Assembly (NCBI RefSeq): GCF_009914755.1
Contig: NC_060939.1
Reading direction: 5' to 3' (one strand)
From: the human T2T-CHM13v2.0 reference genome, Homo sapiens
DNA length: 64,000 nt
Numbering within the stretch: position 1 is the stretch's first letter; the number at the start of each line of letters is the position of its first letter. A program made the translations under genes and the position numbers. Below the pieces are notes generated by a model. It was given only the letters and a program-made list of their open reading frames with translations, was not told the DNA's origin and ran no database searches. Shown here piece by piece: positions 12,551 through 26,090 of the stretch.

Positions 12551-13968
12551 TAGACTTCCAGGCCAGCAGCAGAATAAAGCTTGAAGTAAGAGAGATCTAG
12601 GGAAAAATAAAAAGAAAAATTTGCCTATTTCTCTCTCTATATGTATGTATGTAAATATGTTTTTAATATTCAAAAGGATATATGATAAAAATAACAATTA
12701 TAGCTATTTTAGGTGAGAGAGAGGATATCGAGCTTAAATGGGAAACTTTTGTCTATACTATTTGAATGCAATTCTCTGCAATAAAAATATATTCCCATAT
12801 ATTTCTGAAGTATATGCCTGAAATTTCTGAAGTCAGAGACTTAACAAAAAGTCTCAGGATACAGCCTTTCCCTTCTCCAAATGCCTCAAATAAAGACAAT
12901 TTGATCATACCTATTTAGTGTTCTCATAGTAGTGTGGTTATAGCTCTACTCTAACATTGCTTTGTCCTTCAAATATTTATGGAACACCCAGTCTTTTGTA
13001 TTTGTCTAAGACAGTCACTGCTCCTTCTTTCAAGTTTACTTTGCATAATTGTTTTGGTGTCCATCTCTCCTTCAAAATTATTATCTATTTTACCACATGT
13101 ACTATTTGTTAGTTGGCTTTGTCCATTTTAACAACTTGTCTCAGAGGTTTTTTTTCTGACAGGAGATATGGATCTACCTCAATCTCCCCAATGTGTAAGA
13201 AAATTAGGTGTTTTAATGGAGAACTTGAGACAGCTCTTTCTAAGGAGATTATGCGGTACTGATGAATTACAATGCCTGGTATTCTATGTAGCTTGATGAA
13301 TATCAGGCACTTTTTAATTTATTTCTCCTTTAACTTGTAATGGAATCTGGGCCCCAAGTGAAATGAGTTATTTTCTAGAAAGAAAATATCAGAGGCACAG
13401 AAGTTTAAATAACTTAATTATCTTTGTAGCAACTTCTAGGAGTGGATCCAGAAGGAGTTGTGACCTCAAGTCCTCACGTAATTCATCTAGTAGTAATTCA
13501 TCCATTTGTTCACCTGTCCATCTCTCTTGGTCCGCAAAGGATTTGAAATGGTTAACTGTGTGTAGTTATGTGACTGATATTCTTAGATGATTGATCGCTA
13601 AGAGGAATTCATCAAAATAATATTCAGATCATTGTTAGAATAACTTGCTTGTAAAATAAGTATTGTGATGGGAACAACACTCATTTATACATAGACTCTG
13701 GGGTTTTTAGAAAAGAGTAAGCCTTCCTCTTGAAGAGACATTTCATGTATGCGAAATGACTGTGAACGTTTCTTTGCTTTATCAGTTTAAATGTGCACTG
13801 ACTGTTGGAAAAGAATACAATTAGGTGTGATTTTGCCAGTCCAGAGGTTAGTAACAAGTCATAGAACATTCAGTAGTCTCAGCTGGACAGAGTGGCCAGG
13901 ACAGGCCATTCTGGGGATGGGATAGCTGGGCTAAAGCACATCCTCCACTTTGGTGACTCCCTCTATAG

Positions 13969-14413
<445 letters not shown>

Positions 14414-15199
14414 TAGTAGATTATAAAAGAAACACCAGCATAAGATAAACAGGTCTGTATCATAATAAATTACATTTTTCTAAGTTATAATACAGCTGAT
14501 AAATGTGTACTGTTGAACTTTTTACCATAGGTACACTTTAAAACATTTCACCAGTAAAACATTTTGACCAAGAAAGTCAGTGTTTTCTTTCTGATAGTTT
14601 GCAAATGATGATCTTTCTAATCGAGATTTCCATCTTCATCAAATGTCAGCGAATCTCTAAAGGACATTTTCATTCCCTAATATACTGCTAAGGAGGGTTG
14701 GCTGAGTTTGAAATAGGTGAGGATGGAAAGTCTGACCACAACTGCCTCTTTAAGTCAGAGCCGGTACATGGATTGTTAATTCTGCGGCTTGCAATGTGTT
14801 GCCTTATGTATTTTATCTACCAAATAATTCTCCTGAGAGAAAACTTATCAGAGGCTTAGCAGTCCCTTGGTTTTAATCAAATATGTCCAAAGATGTTGAT
14901 ATCACTTGATGAGCTTGTAAAGTTCTTTACTTGACAAAGGGCAGTTTTGTCAAGAGTAGAACCAAAAGTGATAGCAACTTCAGGGTGATCCCCAGCTTCT
15001 CTGTGCCTAAGAGTGACAGAGCTTTCCAGTGTTCAGTGTAAGAGGCTATAGCATTTAAGTTGGATGAAATGTTCCCCTTTCTATCTTTCTCCCATGGAAA
15101 AAGCCAGGTCAGGGTTAAATCTAATTTTCCTCTGGCTCCAAGACTCTGCTGCAAATCGTATTACTGAACTTTGCTTGGGAATATAGCAAACCCCAGTAA

Positions 15200-16710
15200 G
15201 TGGTCTCACTATAAATAGCTGGCCATGCATCTCAAGGTGACCCTCTCCAGCAACCCTGCTGTATTTCTTCAATACATTTGCTTCCTAATACCCCAAGATG
15301 GTCACTTAATTATCTTTTCCTTTTTCCTTTCCTCCTCACCATTCATGTTCACATTCTGATGAAATTTTTCAAACTGTAAAAGGAAACTGGAAGCATTCAG
15401 AGGAGAAGCCCATCATCATCTCACCATCACTGAATTCCTAAACCTAAGTGCATCTGTACTCGAATATTCCCCCTTTGATTAAAATGAAAGAAAATCTCTT
15501 GCACTTCATCTGCTTGCAAATTTAGAGTGCAACCCATCCACTCTAAGTTTTTCAAGCATTTTCTCCTATAAAGTAGAAGTGCGCTTCAATATATCCCACA
15601 TTTAAAAAAATACTTGGCTGGGCACAGTGGCTCATGCCTGTAATCCCAGCACTTTGGGAGGCTGAGGCGGGTGGATCACTTGAAGTCAGGAGTTCGAAAT
15701 CAGCCTGGCCAGCATGGTGAAACCCTGTCTCCACTAAATATATAATACAAAAATTAGCCAGGTGTGGTGGTGGGCACCTATAATCCCAGCTATTCAGGAG
15801 GCTGGGGTATGAGAATTACTTGAACCTGGGAGGCAGAGGTTGCAGTCAGCAAAGATCCTGCTACTGCTACCGCACTCCAGCATGGGCAAAAGAGTGATAC
15901 TCTGTCTCAAAAAAAAAAAAAAAAAAAATTAAATTCTCCTTGCACTCCTCCAAGTACCTTATTTCTTTTCTCCCCTTCACAAAATGCAACAGTTTTCTCT
16001 ATTTGTTGTCTCTACTTCTTCACTTCTTGTTCTCCTTTAAATTTACTTCTTTGAGAGTTTTTCCACCTATACCTTGGAATGCTTCCATCAAAGCCAAAAA
16101 TAAAATCCACACTGTCAAATCTCATTTTCACAGCATAACTGGTTACTCTCTGCTTATTGACATGTTCTCCACTCATGGCTTCTTTGACACCACATTCATT
16201 TAGCTTTCCTCCTACCTCACGGGCCATTCCTTTTCAGAAGTGTCTCCAACTCCTGCATACAAATTCTAAATTTTGGGGCATTTCAGGCCTTTGACCTGGG
16301 CCCCTTTCTCTTCTCCATTTACACTCTCTATGTGATTCCATTCAGCCTTATACTTTTCTTTAAATTGCATTTTTATGCTGAGAATTTAGTTTGTATCTTT
16401 AGCCTAGATCTCCACTCTGAGCTTAGTACGTCTATATCCAGTTACCTACGTGAGAGGTGTTGCATACACTTCTCCAACTCAGTATCTCAAAAAAAAAAAT
16501 AGCTGTTGAAACCAAAAAATTCATTAGCAATCCAATTAACATTATTTCAAAACCTTTCTTTCTACCTGCTCCATCACTGCCACCTAATCCATGCCATCAT
16601 CTCTTTTGGTGACTGACCACATGGATTTTTTAAGCTTCTCCCTGCTTCATTCTTGCTCACTCCTCTTCTCACTCCCCAGCCCATTTTCACAAGCAGAAGG
16701 AATGAATTAC
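15200..16710 (+). mobile_element. long L2 fragment interrupted by an Alu
   Basis: Pyrimidine-rich L2 ORF2-like segments, e.g. tggcttctttgacaccacattc, gacctgggcccctttctcttctcc. Confidence 0.65.
15616..15928 (+). mobile_element. AluS, full length
   Basis: ggctgggcacagtggctcatgcc ... ending in a 20-nt A tail. Confidence 0.97.
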
Positions 16711-17387
16711 AAATACATTGACTGAGGTATAATATATAATACACATATAGTAAAGTTCATAAATCTGAAGTGTACACCAAGTAATTAACATCCAGATCAA
16801 TACCTGTTGTTAAGCCCATTTCAATTTTTTAATAATTTTTATTTCTAAGATTTCATTGGATTTGTTTAATTTAGATTTCTGTTTTATGGAGAAATTCTCC
16901 ATCTTGTTACATATTTCCTTCAATATATTTATGATGAGTTTTTTTTAAAGCCTGCCTTTGATAACTCTAATATCTGGATAACCTGTTAATCTGCTTCTAT
17001 CATGGTTCCTTTTTTTTCTTGATTTTTAGTTATTTGGCTGGTAGCACAGAGACAGAATAAAATCCAAATTTCTTGATTCACAGGCTATTACTATTTTTAC
17101 TGCCGCTCTGCTGCTATTTCTCTGCCTCTGTCTTTTATTGCCATATTGAGTTATTTTACAATAGAGATGTTTCCTTTTGTTCTCATCTCTCATAGTTCCT
17201 ATTCCTTTCTCCATTGTTTATAGCTACACTTTCTAAATACTTTTAAAGGAAAAGAACCTAGTTTTTTACTAAATAAAATTGTATTTATAATTCCCAAAAT
17301 AAACGAGGTAAAAGTGGAGTTACTTCAGGTCAAGTGTTGGAGAGACATGGAGTTCATTCTATTTGCTCCTCCTCATTATCCTCCCCC

Positions 17388-17682
17388 TTTTTTTTTTGAC
17401 AAGGAATCTTGCTCCATTGCCCAGGCGGGAGTGCAGTGGCACTATCTCTGCTCACCGCAACCTCTGTGTCCCAAGTTCAAGCGATTCTCCTGCTTCAGCC
17501 TCCTGAGTAGCTGGGATTACAGGCAAGGCACGCACCACCGCACCCAGCTAGTTTTTGTATTTTTAGTAGAGATGGGGTTTCACCATATTGGTCAGGCTGG
17601 TCTCGAACTCCTGACCTCATGATCCGCTCGCCTTGGCCTCACAAAGTGCTGGGATCACAGGTGTGAGCCACCGTGCCTGGCC
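17388..17682 (-). mobile_element. AluS, full length
   Basis: TSD ATCCTCCCC at 17379-17387 and 17683-17691. Confidence 0.97.
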
Positions 17683-17789
17683 ATCCTCCCCATTCTTATA
17701 CTTGGGTAACCTAGAGAGCCAAAGAACAGATTTCAAAAAACACTGGCATGTGAATCAGTTCAGATTATTAAACTGCTTGCCTTTGTTCA

Positions 17790-18030
17790 GTGCTCTTTGC
17801 ATTACAGCATTCTTGCATATGTATTATCTCATTTGACGCCTGCCTACTAGATCCTGTGTGAAGTATCTAAGACGTGGAATTTGACCATAGTCATATTATA
17901 AGTGACTCACTTATAATATGAAAACTGAGACTCACACAGATTAGGCAAATTCCCATAAGTCATACAAATAAACAAATGAACCAAAGTATTATAGCTTGGA
18001 GTCTAGTAGGTTTTCTTTCATGTGCATGCA
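17790..18030 (-). mobile_element. MIR fragment containing a perfect palindrome
   Basis: gtattatctcattt...gaaaactgagactca...agtcataca. Confidence 0.6.
17891..17921. repeat. perfect inverted repeat, 15-bp arms, 1-nt loop, centred on TGACTCA
   Basis: TCATATTATAAGTGA-C-TCACTTATAATATGA read directly. Confidence 0.97.
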
Positions 18031-19533
18031 TATAAACTTCTGCCAGATCCTTCTTAATACAGTGGACTGAGAGCTAGACACACAGTCTAGCCTGAGAATG
18101 TACTGGCATAAAGTATTTTTATTAAAATTCAGTTTTTCAACTTTCAAAGATGTCAAAGGGTGTTCAGAAGTACCTTGAGAACCTCCTGTCCTGCCTGAAG
18201 GATTTTCAAGTGCAAAGCAGACTTGCTGCTGTACGACATGCTTGTGTATGTCACACTCTGGATACACAGAGCTGTCACCTACACACATCTTTCCCTAAAC
18301 TCTTAAGGCAGGTCTGCAGAACTGGGAATGTGCTGCTCCAGTAGAGGTGTTCTATCCGTGTTTTATAGGATGCAAGAAAAACAACAACTAAATTATAGTA
18401 AATACCTTTTCTGTATGTAGCTACTATTTTCTACTTTCTCAATGTGGAGTACTTTTAAAAAGCATATTCTTTTAAATGTTTAAATGTGTCTGAGTGTTCA
18501 TTCTAGTGTTGATGAAATGCTGTCTTTCTTCCTCTGCGTCTCTCTTTAGCCATATTTCCCTGATATGCTCAGAAGATGCACCCCAGGGGTGTTCACCCAG
18601 TTCTGGTGACTCTTGTCTCATGGGGATAAAAAGAAGAACATTTGATTGGTCCTCCTGGACAGTAGCATTCTTTGCTAATGCTGTTGCCATAGTTCTGGTG
18701 TCACTGTCAAAAATAAGTGATCCCTTGGCCAGCTGCAGTACTTGCATCTTGCTGGAAGCCTGTTGGTGGCTGTCGTAGGTTAATACTTCTAGTCATGACA
18801 GTCATTTTTCTGGAAGGAAGGTAGATTTTGTCCTCTGTGACTGAAGTTCATTGTCTGGCAGTTTCTGAGGGTACAAATCGGGGAGAGAAAGCCCTCTTTC
18901 TGCAGTATTTTTCTCAGAAGTATTTGTTTCATTCCGATCACAGACTTGTGGTCCAATCATTATAACTGTGATACACAAACACACACACACTCTCTCACAG
19001 TACATACACATGCTCTCTTACACATAGACATACATCTCGCCATTCTTTTACACACATAGAAACACCTGTTCTCTCACACTTATTTTAAGGAGTTCACCAG
19101 GGTAACTAAGCACAGCCTGTCTTCCTTACCTTATGTTCAGGCCTTTGGGAGCTGAGATCTTACATTCTTATACCCAAAGCACTTTCTGTTTCCTGGAACA
19201 GGATGAATAATATTTCTTCTAAGACAAATGCATAGCTGGTCATATGTACAAAGCAAATTATAGTTTACCAACCGTGTTCAAATTAACTTTTCTGAAAACA
19301 CAATAGTATTACTTCACTTTTGTAGATTAAAAATATTTTTGTCAGTGCAAACCCAACACAATCCTTCTACTAAATTGTCTTAGCTGACTATCTTGTTTCC
19401 CTATCATTATTGATTGCCTTGTTCTTTCATTTAATTCATTTCTGTGACCCTGTCATTATTTTTTTTTCTACCTGTGCCATCACCATCAGACCTATCAGAC
19501 AACTCTCAATACTGTTTTCCAAACACATAGATC

Positions 19534-19841
19534 TTTTTATTTTATTTATTTATTTTTTTATGAGACAGAGTCTCACTCTGTAGCTCAGGCTGGAGTGCAG
19601 TGGCGCCATCTTGGCTCACTGCAACTCCACAGTCCCGGGGTCAAATGATTCTCCTGCCTCAGCCTCCTGAGTAGCTGGAACTACAGGCATGTGCCACCAT
19701 GCCCAGCTAATTTTTGTATTTTTAGTAGAGACAGGGTTTCACCGTGTTGGCCAGGATGGTCTCAATCTCTTGACCTCGTGATCTGCCCGCCTCGGCCTCC
19801 CAAAGTGCTGGGATTACAGGCGTGAGCCACCATGCCCGGCC
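19534..19841 (-). mobile_element. AluS, full length
   Basis: TSD acacatagatct / acacgtagacct. Confidence 0.97.
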
Positions 19842-20099
19842 ACACGTAGACCTGTTAAGATATTGTGTCGAGTCCTTTTCTTTCTTTCATGGTCCTTGGG
19901 CCTCTCGCCTCAGCGAGCCCATGTTTGGACCCATTGCTCTGGATACTTGCTGTACCTGCTTCATTGCTCTTCCTGGGACTTCTGTTAGCACTCATTCTAG
20001 GAATTCCCTTCATTGTCCTTAAACGATGCCTGGATTCTATATCTTTTCCGGTTTATCTTTTTGTTTTCATGGAAGTCAGTAACTTCCAGAGAAATAATC

Positions 20100-21370
20100 A
20101 ATAAGAAAACCACTTTTTCATCCTTTTTTTCCCTTGGAGAATATTCATGTTTGGAAATGTTTTTGTCTATGCTAACTTAAAAAAATATATTCTTAGATTT
20201 TTTTCCCCCTGGCCACACACAAATTTCTTGATTCTTTTTCTTTGGATTTCCTTTAAGATTTTCATGACTGACCTCTAATGTTCTTATCTGTTTTATTTTC
20301 CTTCCCTTTTTTTGTATTCTAACTTCAAGTGATTTTCTGAACTCCTTTTCTCAGTACTTAATAGTTATATTTCAGCTATCAGATTTCTAACAGTCAAGAG
20401 TTCTTTCTTATTTTCTGATTGTTAAATTTTAGTAGTGTCTTATGATGCAGTATAATTTTTAGTTTCTCTAAATAATTATATTTACAGTTTTTTTTTTAAA
20501 TTCTGCTTCTTAATTGTTTCATATGCTGATTGTGGTTCATCTGGGTTTTGATTTTCCAGTTTGATTGTATCCACCTTTCATATTAGTGGTTTGTCTTTCA
20601 TTGTTTTGTAATCCTTATCTCTTGGTTCATATTGTAACAATAAGACACTGAGAAGGTGGCTGGTGCTCTGTATTCTCTGCTGGGCTTTGGTAACTGGAGA
20701 GTTACACTCTGGGGTATTAATGTGGCAAGGCTGAATTTGCATTGGTGTGTATGTGTTTGTTTGAAAGTGCTGCCAATGTCACTTTCTGGAAATCTCATCT
20801 CTAAGGCTCTTCACTTTGTCTGGAGGAAAAGCCCCAGTTTTTCTACCTGAGGGATATACACCTGCTCCTATGGTTTCTGGGAGCAGGATGGACAAGAGAA
20901 CTGATAGTTCAATAGTTCTTATACAGGATTTTATTTAACTTTTTAATTTTTATCTCAGTCTCACTTTTTGCCTGGAGTTTCTGGATCTATAGCTTCTCAG
21001 AGTTAATTTCTCATGAGAATAAACCTTGGGTATTCTTCCCGAGGCAGTAACAGTCTAACTGCCCGTGATGGTGAACAGGACATGGGGGGGTCTCAGCAGT
21101 GTTTTCAGATGGTCAATTATTCTCTTGCTTTCAGCTCCTTTCTCTAGGCCCACAATTCTTCCCACCTGCTGCATCTCAATGTGGAGCCTGTCAGGGTTCT
21201 TCTGATAAGAATAAATGGAATAACTGCCCACATTAGACCCTTTCCCATTCTCTTTCCTTCATTCTGAAGGTTTTCATATATTTTTTATTATTATCCTTTG
21301 TGTAAAGTCACAACAGGCAGAAGAAATTCATGTGTTTGGCCAATTCGTGAAGTTTAAACAGAAGTCACAT
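20100..21370 (-). mobile_element. ancient L1M 5'/ORF1-region fragments
   Basis: T-rich degenerate L1M-like sequence ending at aacagaagtc. Confidence 0.45.
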
Positions 21371-21880
21371 GTTGCATTTTAAAGTCTCAGGTGACTAAGG
21401 AATAGAAAGCTGTAAACACTATTAACTACACATGAAAAAAACATTTCTACTACTGTGTGATGAAAATATAGAGACAGAAAAACTACACAGACTATTGCAG
21501 AAATCATGAAAATCTGAACTATGTCCTAAGGTAGTAGGAATGAATAGAAGAATGTGAAAGTGAAGAGTATGTAAGTGGTGGTTTCAACCAGATTTCGTGA
21601 CTGGCTGAATAGGACAGTAAACAGAATAATTGGAATAAACAAGTAGGATAAAAAGTATAAGATTATTTTATGGCTTTTGACTAGAGGACTAGCTAGAAGC
21701 CATCACCATCCTTTGAACAAAGGGAATGCAGGAGGAAGATTGGCAGAGTTGCAGTTCAGTTCTATTTTAAACTTACTAGAGTGGAAATGATCACTAGGTA
21801 GATACTTTCTTCTTGGAGTTTGAAAGACAGTGACTCCAATGAGTGCTGGAGTCTTCTTCAGTGAAGTAGTTGTAGTGAGT
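21370..21880 (-). mobile_element. L2 fragments
   Basis: Purine-rich antisense L2-like sequence, e.g. gttcagttctattt...gtggaaatg...ggagtttgaaag. Confidence 0.45.
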
Positions 21881-23938
21881 CCTGATAATTCTGTGTTGGT
21901 ACAGCAGTCTCTCTAGATCCCTTAACTTATTAAGCAGATTTTAGTAATAAAGTAATTCATATTCAGAAGCATCTACCTTTATTTGAAATAAAGAATTGTA
22001 AGACCTCATGAGTTGTAAAAACTCATGTTTATAGAAATAGGAAATAATATATGTAGAACCAGCTCTGAAGCCTACAGTTTGGGATTGTCAAAGTGATAAT
22101 TTCCTTTCTTATAAAAATGAATCATTACTGATGTTCAAGTCTTGAAGAGAATAAATATTAAAACAAGAACTTGAAATTCTCCAATGACCACTTAAAACTT
22201 CTCTTGTTCTTAAAAAACACATCAAGCAAAAATATTTTCAGGTTTGCTCTTAAAAAGTGATTCAGATTTGAGAGGTTACACAAAATGACTTGCAGTGAGT
22301 TTTCTCAGTAACACTTAAGTATCATTTCATACACATCCTTGTTCTCTTATTGCTCTTCTTTAGTTTCAGCAGAAAAAAAATTATCTCCCATCTTTTCTTT
22401 AAGTGAAGTTAATCCTTCATTTTCTGTTCCATGTGCCATCTCTTCTTATCATTTCCCCCACCAAATTTATTTCTCCTTCCTCAGTCATTCTATCCTTCCA
22501 TCCCTCATCTGAAATAAACATTTAATAGATACCTACTATATGACTCAGTTTAAAACTGACCAAAATATCAAACCAGCCCATGTGATTAATGGCAACTAGA
22601 CAATAGTGAACACTGAATTGAAGGTGGCAGTAGCAGCTGGTAGTGAGGCAAGGAAGAAAAGAAGTGCTTTTCTTGTTTCAGAGTTTTCAGACTAACAGCC
22701 ACATGGCAGAATACTGGCTCAGGGGCACTCTTGCTCTTATATGTTCCCTGCTGTGTAGAATGAAAGATACTTTCAAAGTGAAGTTACATTCCTGAAAACA
22801 TACATTATCCAAATTAGTTTGTTTCATAGGTTATTATACAGTAGGTATCATGTGACCATATTGAAATTAAATATATTTTTGTGTAGAACCATATCAGAAA
22901 GTTAGAAAATACATTATTACAACTCCTTAAAAGAAAATTGTGACTAATATTTTTGACTGTTTTATTTATTTCAAATCTTAATTCCATATTGCAATTATGC
23001 CTGAGCCTTTGTCTAAATTTTTAATTTTTAATACACCAATAATTGAGCTAAATACAGCTGAAAAAATGAGGGCTACCTAGGTATGAGGGGAAAGAAACAT
23101 CTATAACAAAAAAATGTATTTTAAATGATAATCATTCAAATATTAACAAGCATTATAAGCATATAATTAAAAAGCATTTATAAGCCAGTGTGTTGGTTTA
23201 GTTTTTGATGCACTTGAAGTACTTTGATGCATTGCTTGATAAACATAAGGAGGTGCCCGGCATTGAGTTAGAATATAGAGTCTAATATAAAGATGATGAC
23301 CTGGTTCCCATTTTTCAAGGAGCTTGCAGTCTACAGGAGAGGAAGTGAAGTAACGCAGTTTTTAAAGTTTATGATATTAATTCAGCTTTGGAACCCAGCT
23401 GAGAACAGGAGAAGAAATGGACTTCAATTGATGCTGCTTCTTTTATGCAGAATGAGAACTCACCTGTTAGTTTAAAGGGAATTATTATTGTGATATGTAA
23501 CACAGAGTAGAGTCCTTTCTCAAGCTTTTGTACTAAATAGCATGATTCCCATTACTTTAGGGTGGTTTTGCTGTTTACTTTAGAGGAAGCATGAGAATAG
23601 ATTAGGTCATCTCTCAAAGTCTCTTTATATTTATTCTATGATTATGTAAGAACTATAAAAACATCCTTTGGAAAGAAATTTTCCATTAAAACACATGAGT
23701 TGAGTCTTGAGAGGATTGAAATTTTGTCCTTTATTCTAAAAGTTATTGAAAACTGGTATGAGCAAAGGCAAAAGAGTGACGGTTTCTGTGACTTTGAGGC
23801 CACAGTTTGTAAAAGAGAAAAAAACATACTTTAGAGAGAAAAGTTTTCAAGTGTCTAACAATATACAAGGATTATCTGGGTTTTATTCTGTTTCGCAGGA
23901 ATCAATGCTTTGGATCTGTAGACAGCATTTAGAGATAA

Positions 23939-24286
<348 letters not shown>

Positions 24287-25039
24287 TTTGCTAAATAATA
24301 CTTTTTAAACATCTCAATAAAACGTGTAGGCCAAGAAAAAAAATAGCTTGTAAAATAATCATAGTATTATAGTAGATTTGAATTTCCAGTGTCAAATTAT
24401 AGCAAGTTTTCTTAACTTTTATTTTTCCCATAGCACATAGATTTACCTCCAGTGCTAGATAAGGACCAATGACAATCAAATAAAAAGGCTTGTCCTATTC
24501 TGAGCTATAATGTGACTTTCTCTGCTTCATTCTTATTACTTTGTTTGGAAAATAGGGGAGATAAAAAGAGGTGGAGGCATACAGTAAGCCAAATTTCTCT
24601 CTCTTGGTTGATTTCATGATGACAAAAAGGAACCTGCTATGGGAGATATTACAGATTCAGGCAACTCTTCAGATATAAGCACTCAGAGGAGGAAGCATTC
24701 CTTGTAGTTGTTCCATCTTAGTGTGGTTTGCTTTTCTACATTTAGCCTGGCGGAATTCTGATGTATGGAGTGAGAGTCAGAATCTGGAACATAGGTGCAA
24801 ACTTTCAGTCCTTTAATCTAGAGTGGGATTCCTGTACTCACTACCTGCCCAGGGGGAAAGTTTACTCACTTTCTCTCTATTATGCACCTCCTGTAATGAC
24901 AGACGTTTCCTATTTGGGATCACAAATGTTTTTCATCTGTGCTGTCTTAGCCTCCAACTAGTGCTTTACAAAGCTGAAGGACAAAAATAGTTAGCAACCT
25001 CTCTGCTATCAGAAGTGAGCTTTTTACAAACTATATTTT

Positions 25040-25438
25040 ATTTTCCTTTCTTTCCTTTCCTTTCCCTCTCCTTCCCTCCCCTCCCCTCCCCTCCCTTCCC
25101 CTCCCCTCCCCTCCCCTCCCTTTCCTTTCCTTTTTTTCTTTCTTTCCTTTTTTTTTTTTTGACAGTCTTGCTCTGTCGCCCAGGCTAGAGTGTAGTAGTG
25201 TGATCTTGGCTCACCACAGCCTCCACCTCCCAGGTTCATGCCATTCTCCTGCCTCAGCCTCCCAAGTAGCTGAGATTACAGGCATGCACCACCACGCCCA
25301 GCTAATTTTTGTATTTTTAGTAGAGATGGAGTTTTGCCAAGTTAGCAAGGCTGGCCTGGAAGTCCTGATCTCAGGTGATCCATCCACCTCGGCCTCCCAA
25401 AGTACTGGGATTACAAGCATGAGCCACTGTACCTGGCC
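25040..25438 (-). mobile_element. AluS with tail expanded into a (CCCCT)/(TTTCC) microsatellite
   Basis: TSD TACAAACTATATTTT at 25025-25039 and 25439-25453 encloses the pyrimidine tract. Confidence 0.96.
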
Positions 25439-25792
25439 TACAAACTATATTTTCTAATACAATTGCTATTTTACTTCACAACTTTATTCAGAATAATCCA
25501 CACCTCATAAACCCTATACACATGGTAATCCGGTAATCCTTAATATGAGGTAGGGTCATTATGAAACTGGATTGTGAGTTGCTGGGGTAGGGATGGAGAT
25601 ATTATAGGTGGATATCTCCCTCCTCCCAACATAATCTGTTCAGACAGACTCTGTGACAACCTTTTCTCCATGAAACTCACTCTGCTTGGTGGCTATCCCA
25701 TCTGTCTTGGACATCAGCAAGGAAGAAGAGGCCTATTTTCAATATCATTTCCAGCTATTGTTGCAGGTCCTTCTGTTTAAAGTATAAATATT

Positions 25793-26090
25793 GGCCGGGT
25801 GTGGTGGCTCATGCCTGTAATCCCAGCACTTTGGAAGGCTGAAGCAGACAGATCACTTGAGGCCAGGAGTTTAAGAACAGCCTGGCCGATATAGTGGAAC
25901 CCAGTCTCTACTAAAAATATAAAAAAATTAGCCGGGCCTGGTAGCACACACCTATAATCATAGCTACTCAGGAGGCTGAGGCATGAGAATTGCATGAACC
26001 CAGGAGGCAGAGGTTGCAGTGAGCCAAGATTGTGCCAACTGCACTCCAGCCTGGGTGACAGAGTGAGACGCTGCCTCAAAAAAAAAAAAA
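25793..26090 (+). mobile_element. AluS, full length
   Basis: TSD AAAGTATAAATATT on both sides. Confidence 0.97.

Noticed and set aside
12918-12960. Faint resemblance to the 5' half of tRNA-Val
   Set aside because: Too degenerate; no T-arm/B-box or acceptor stem.
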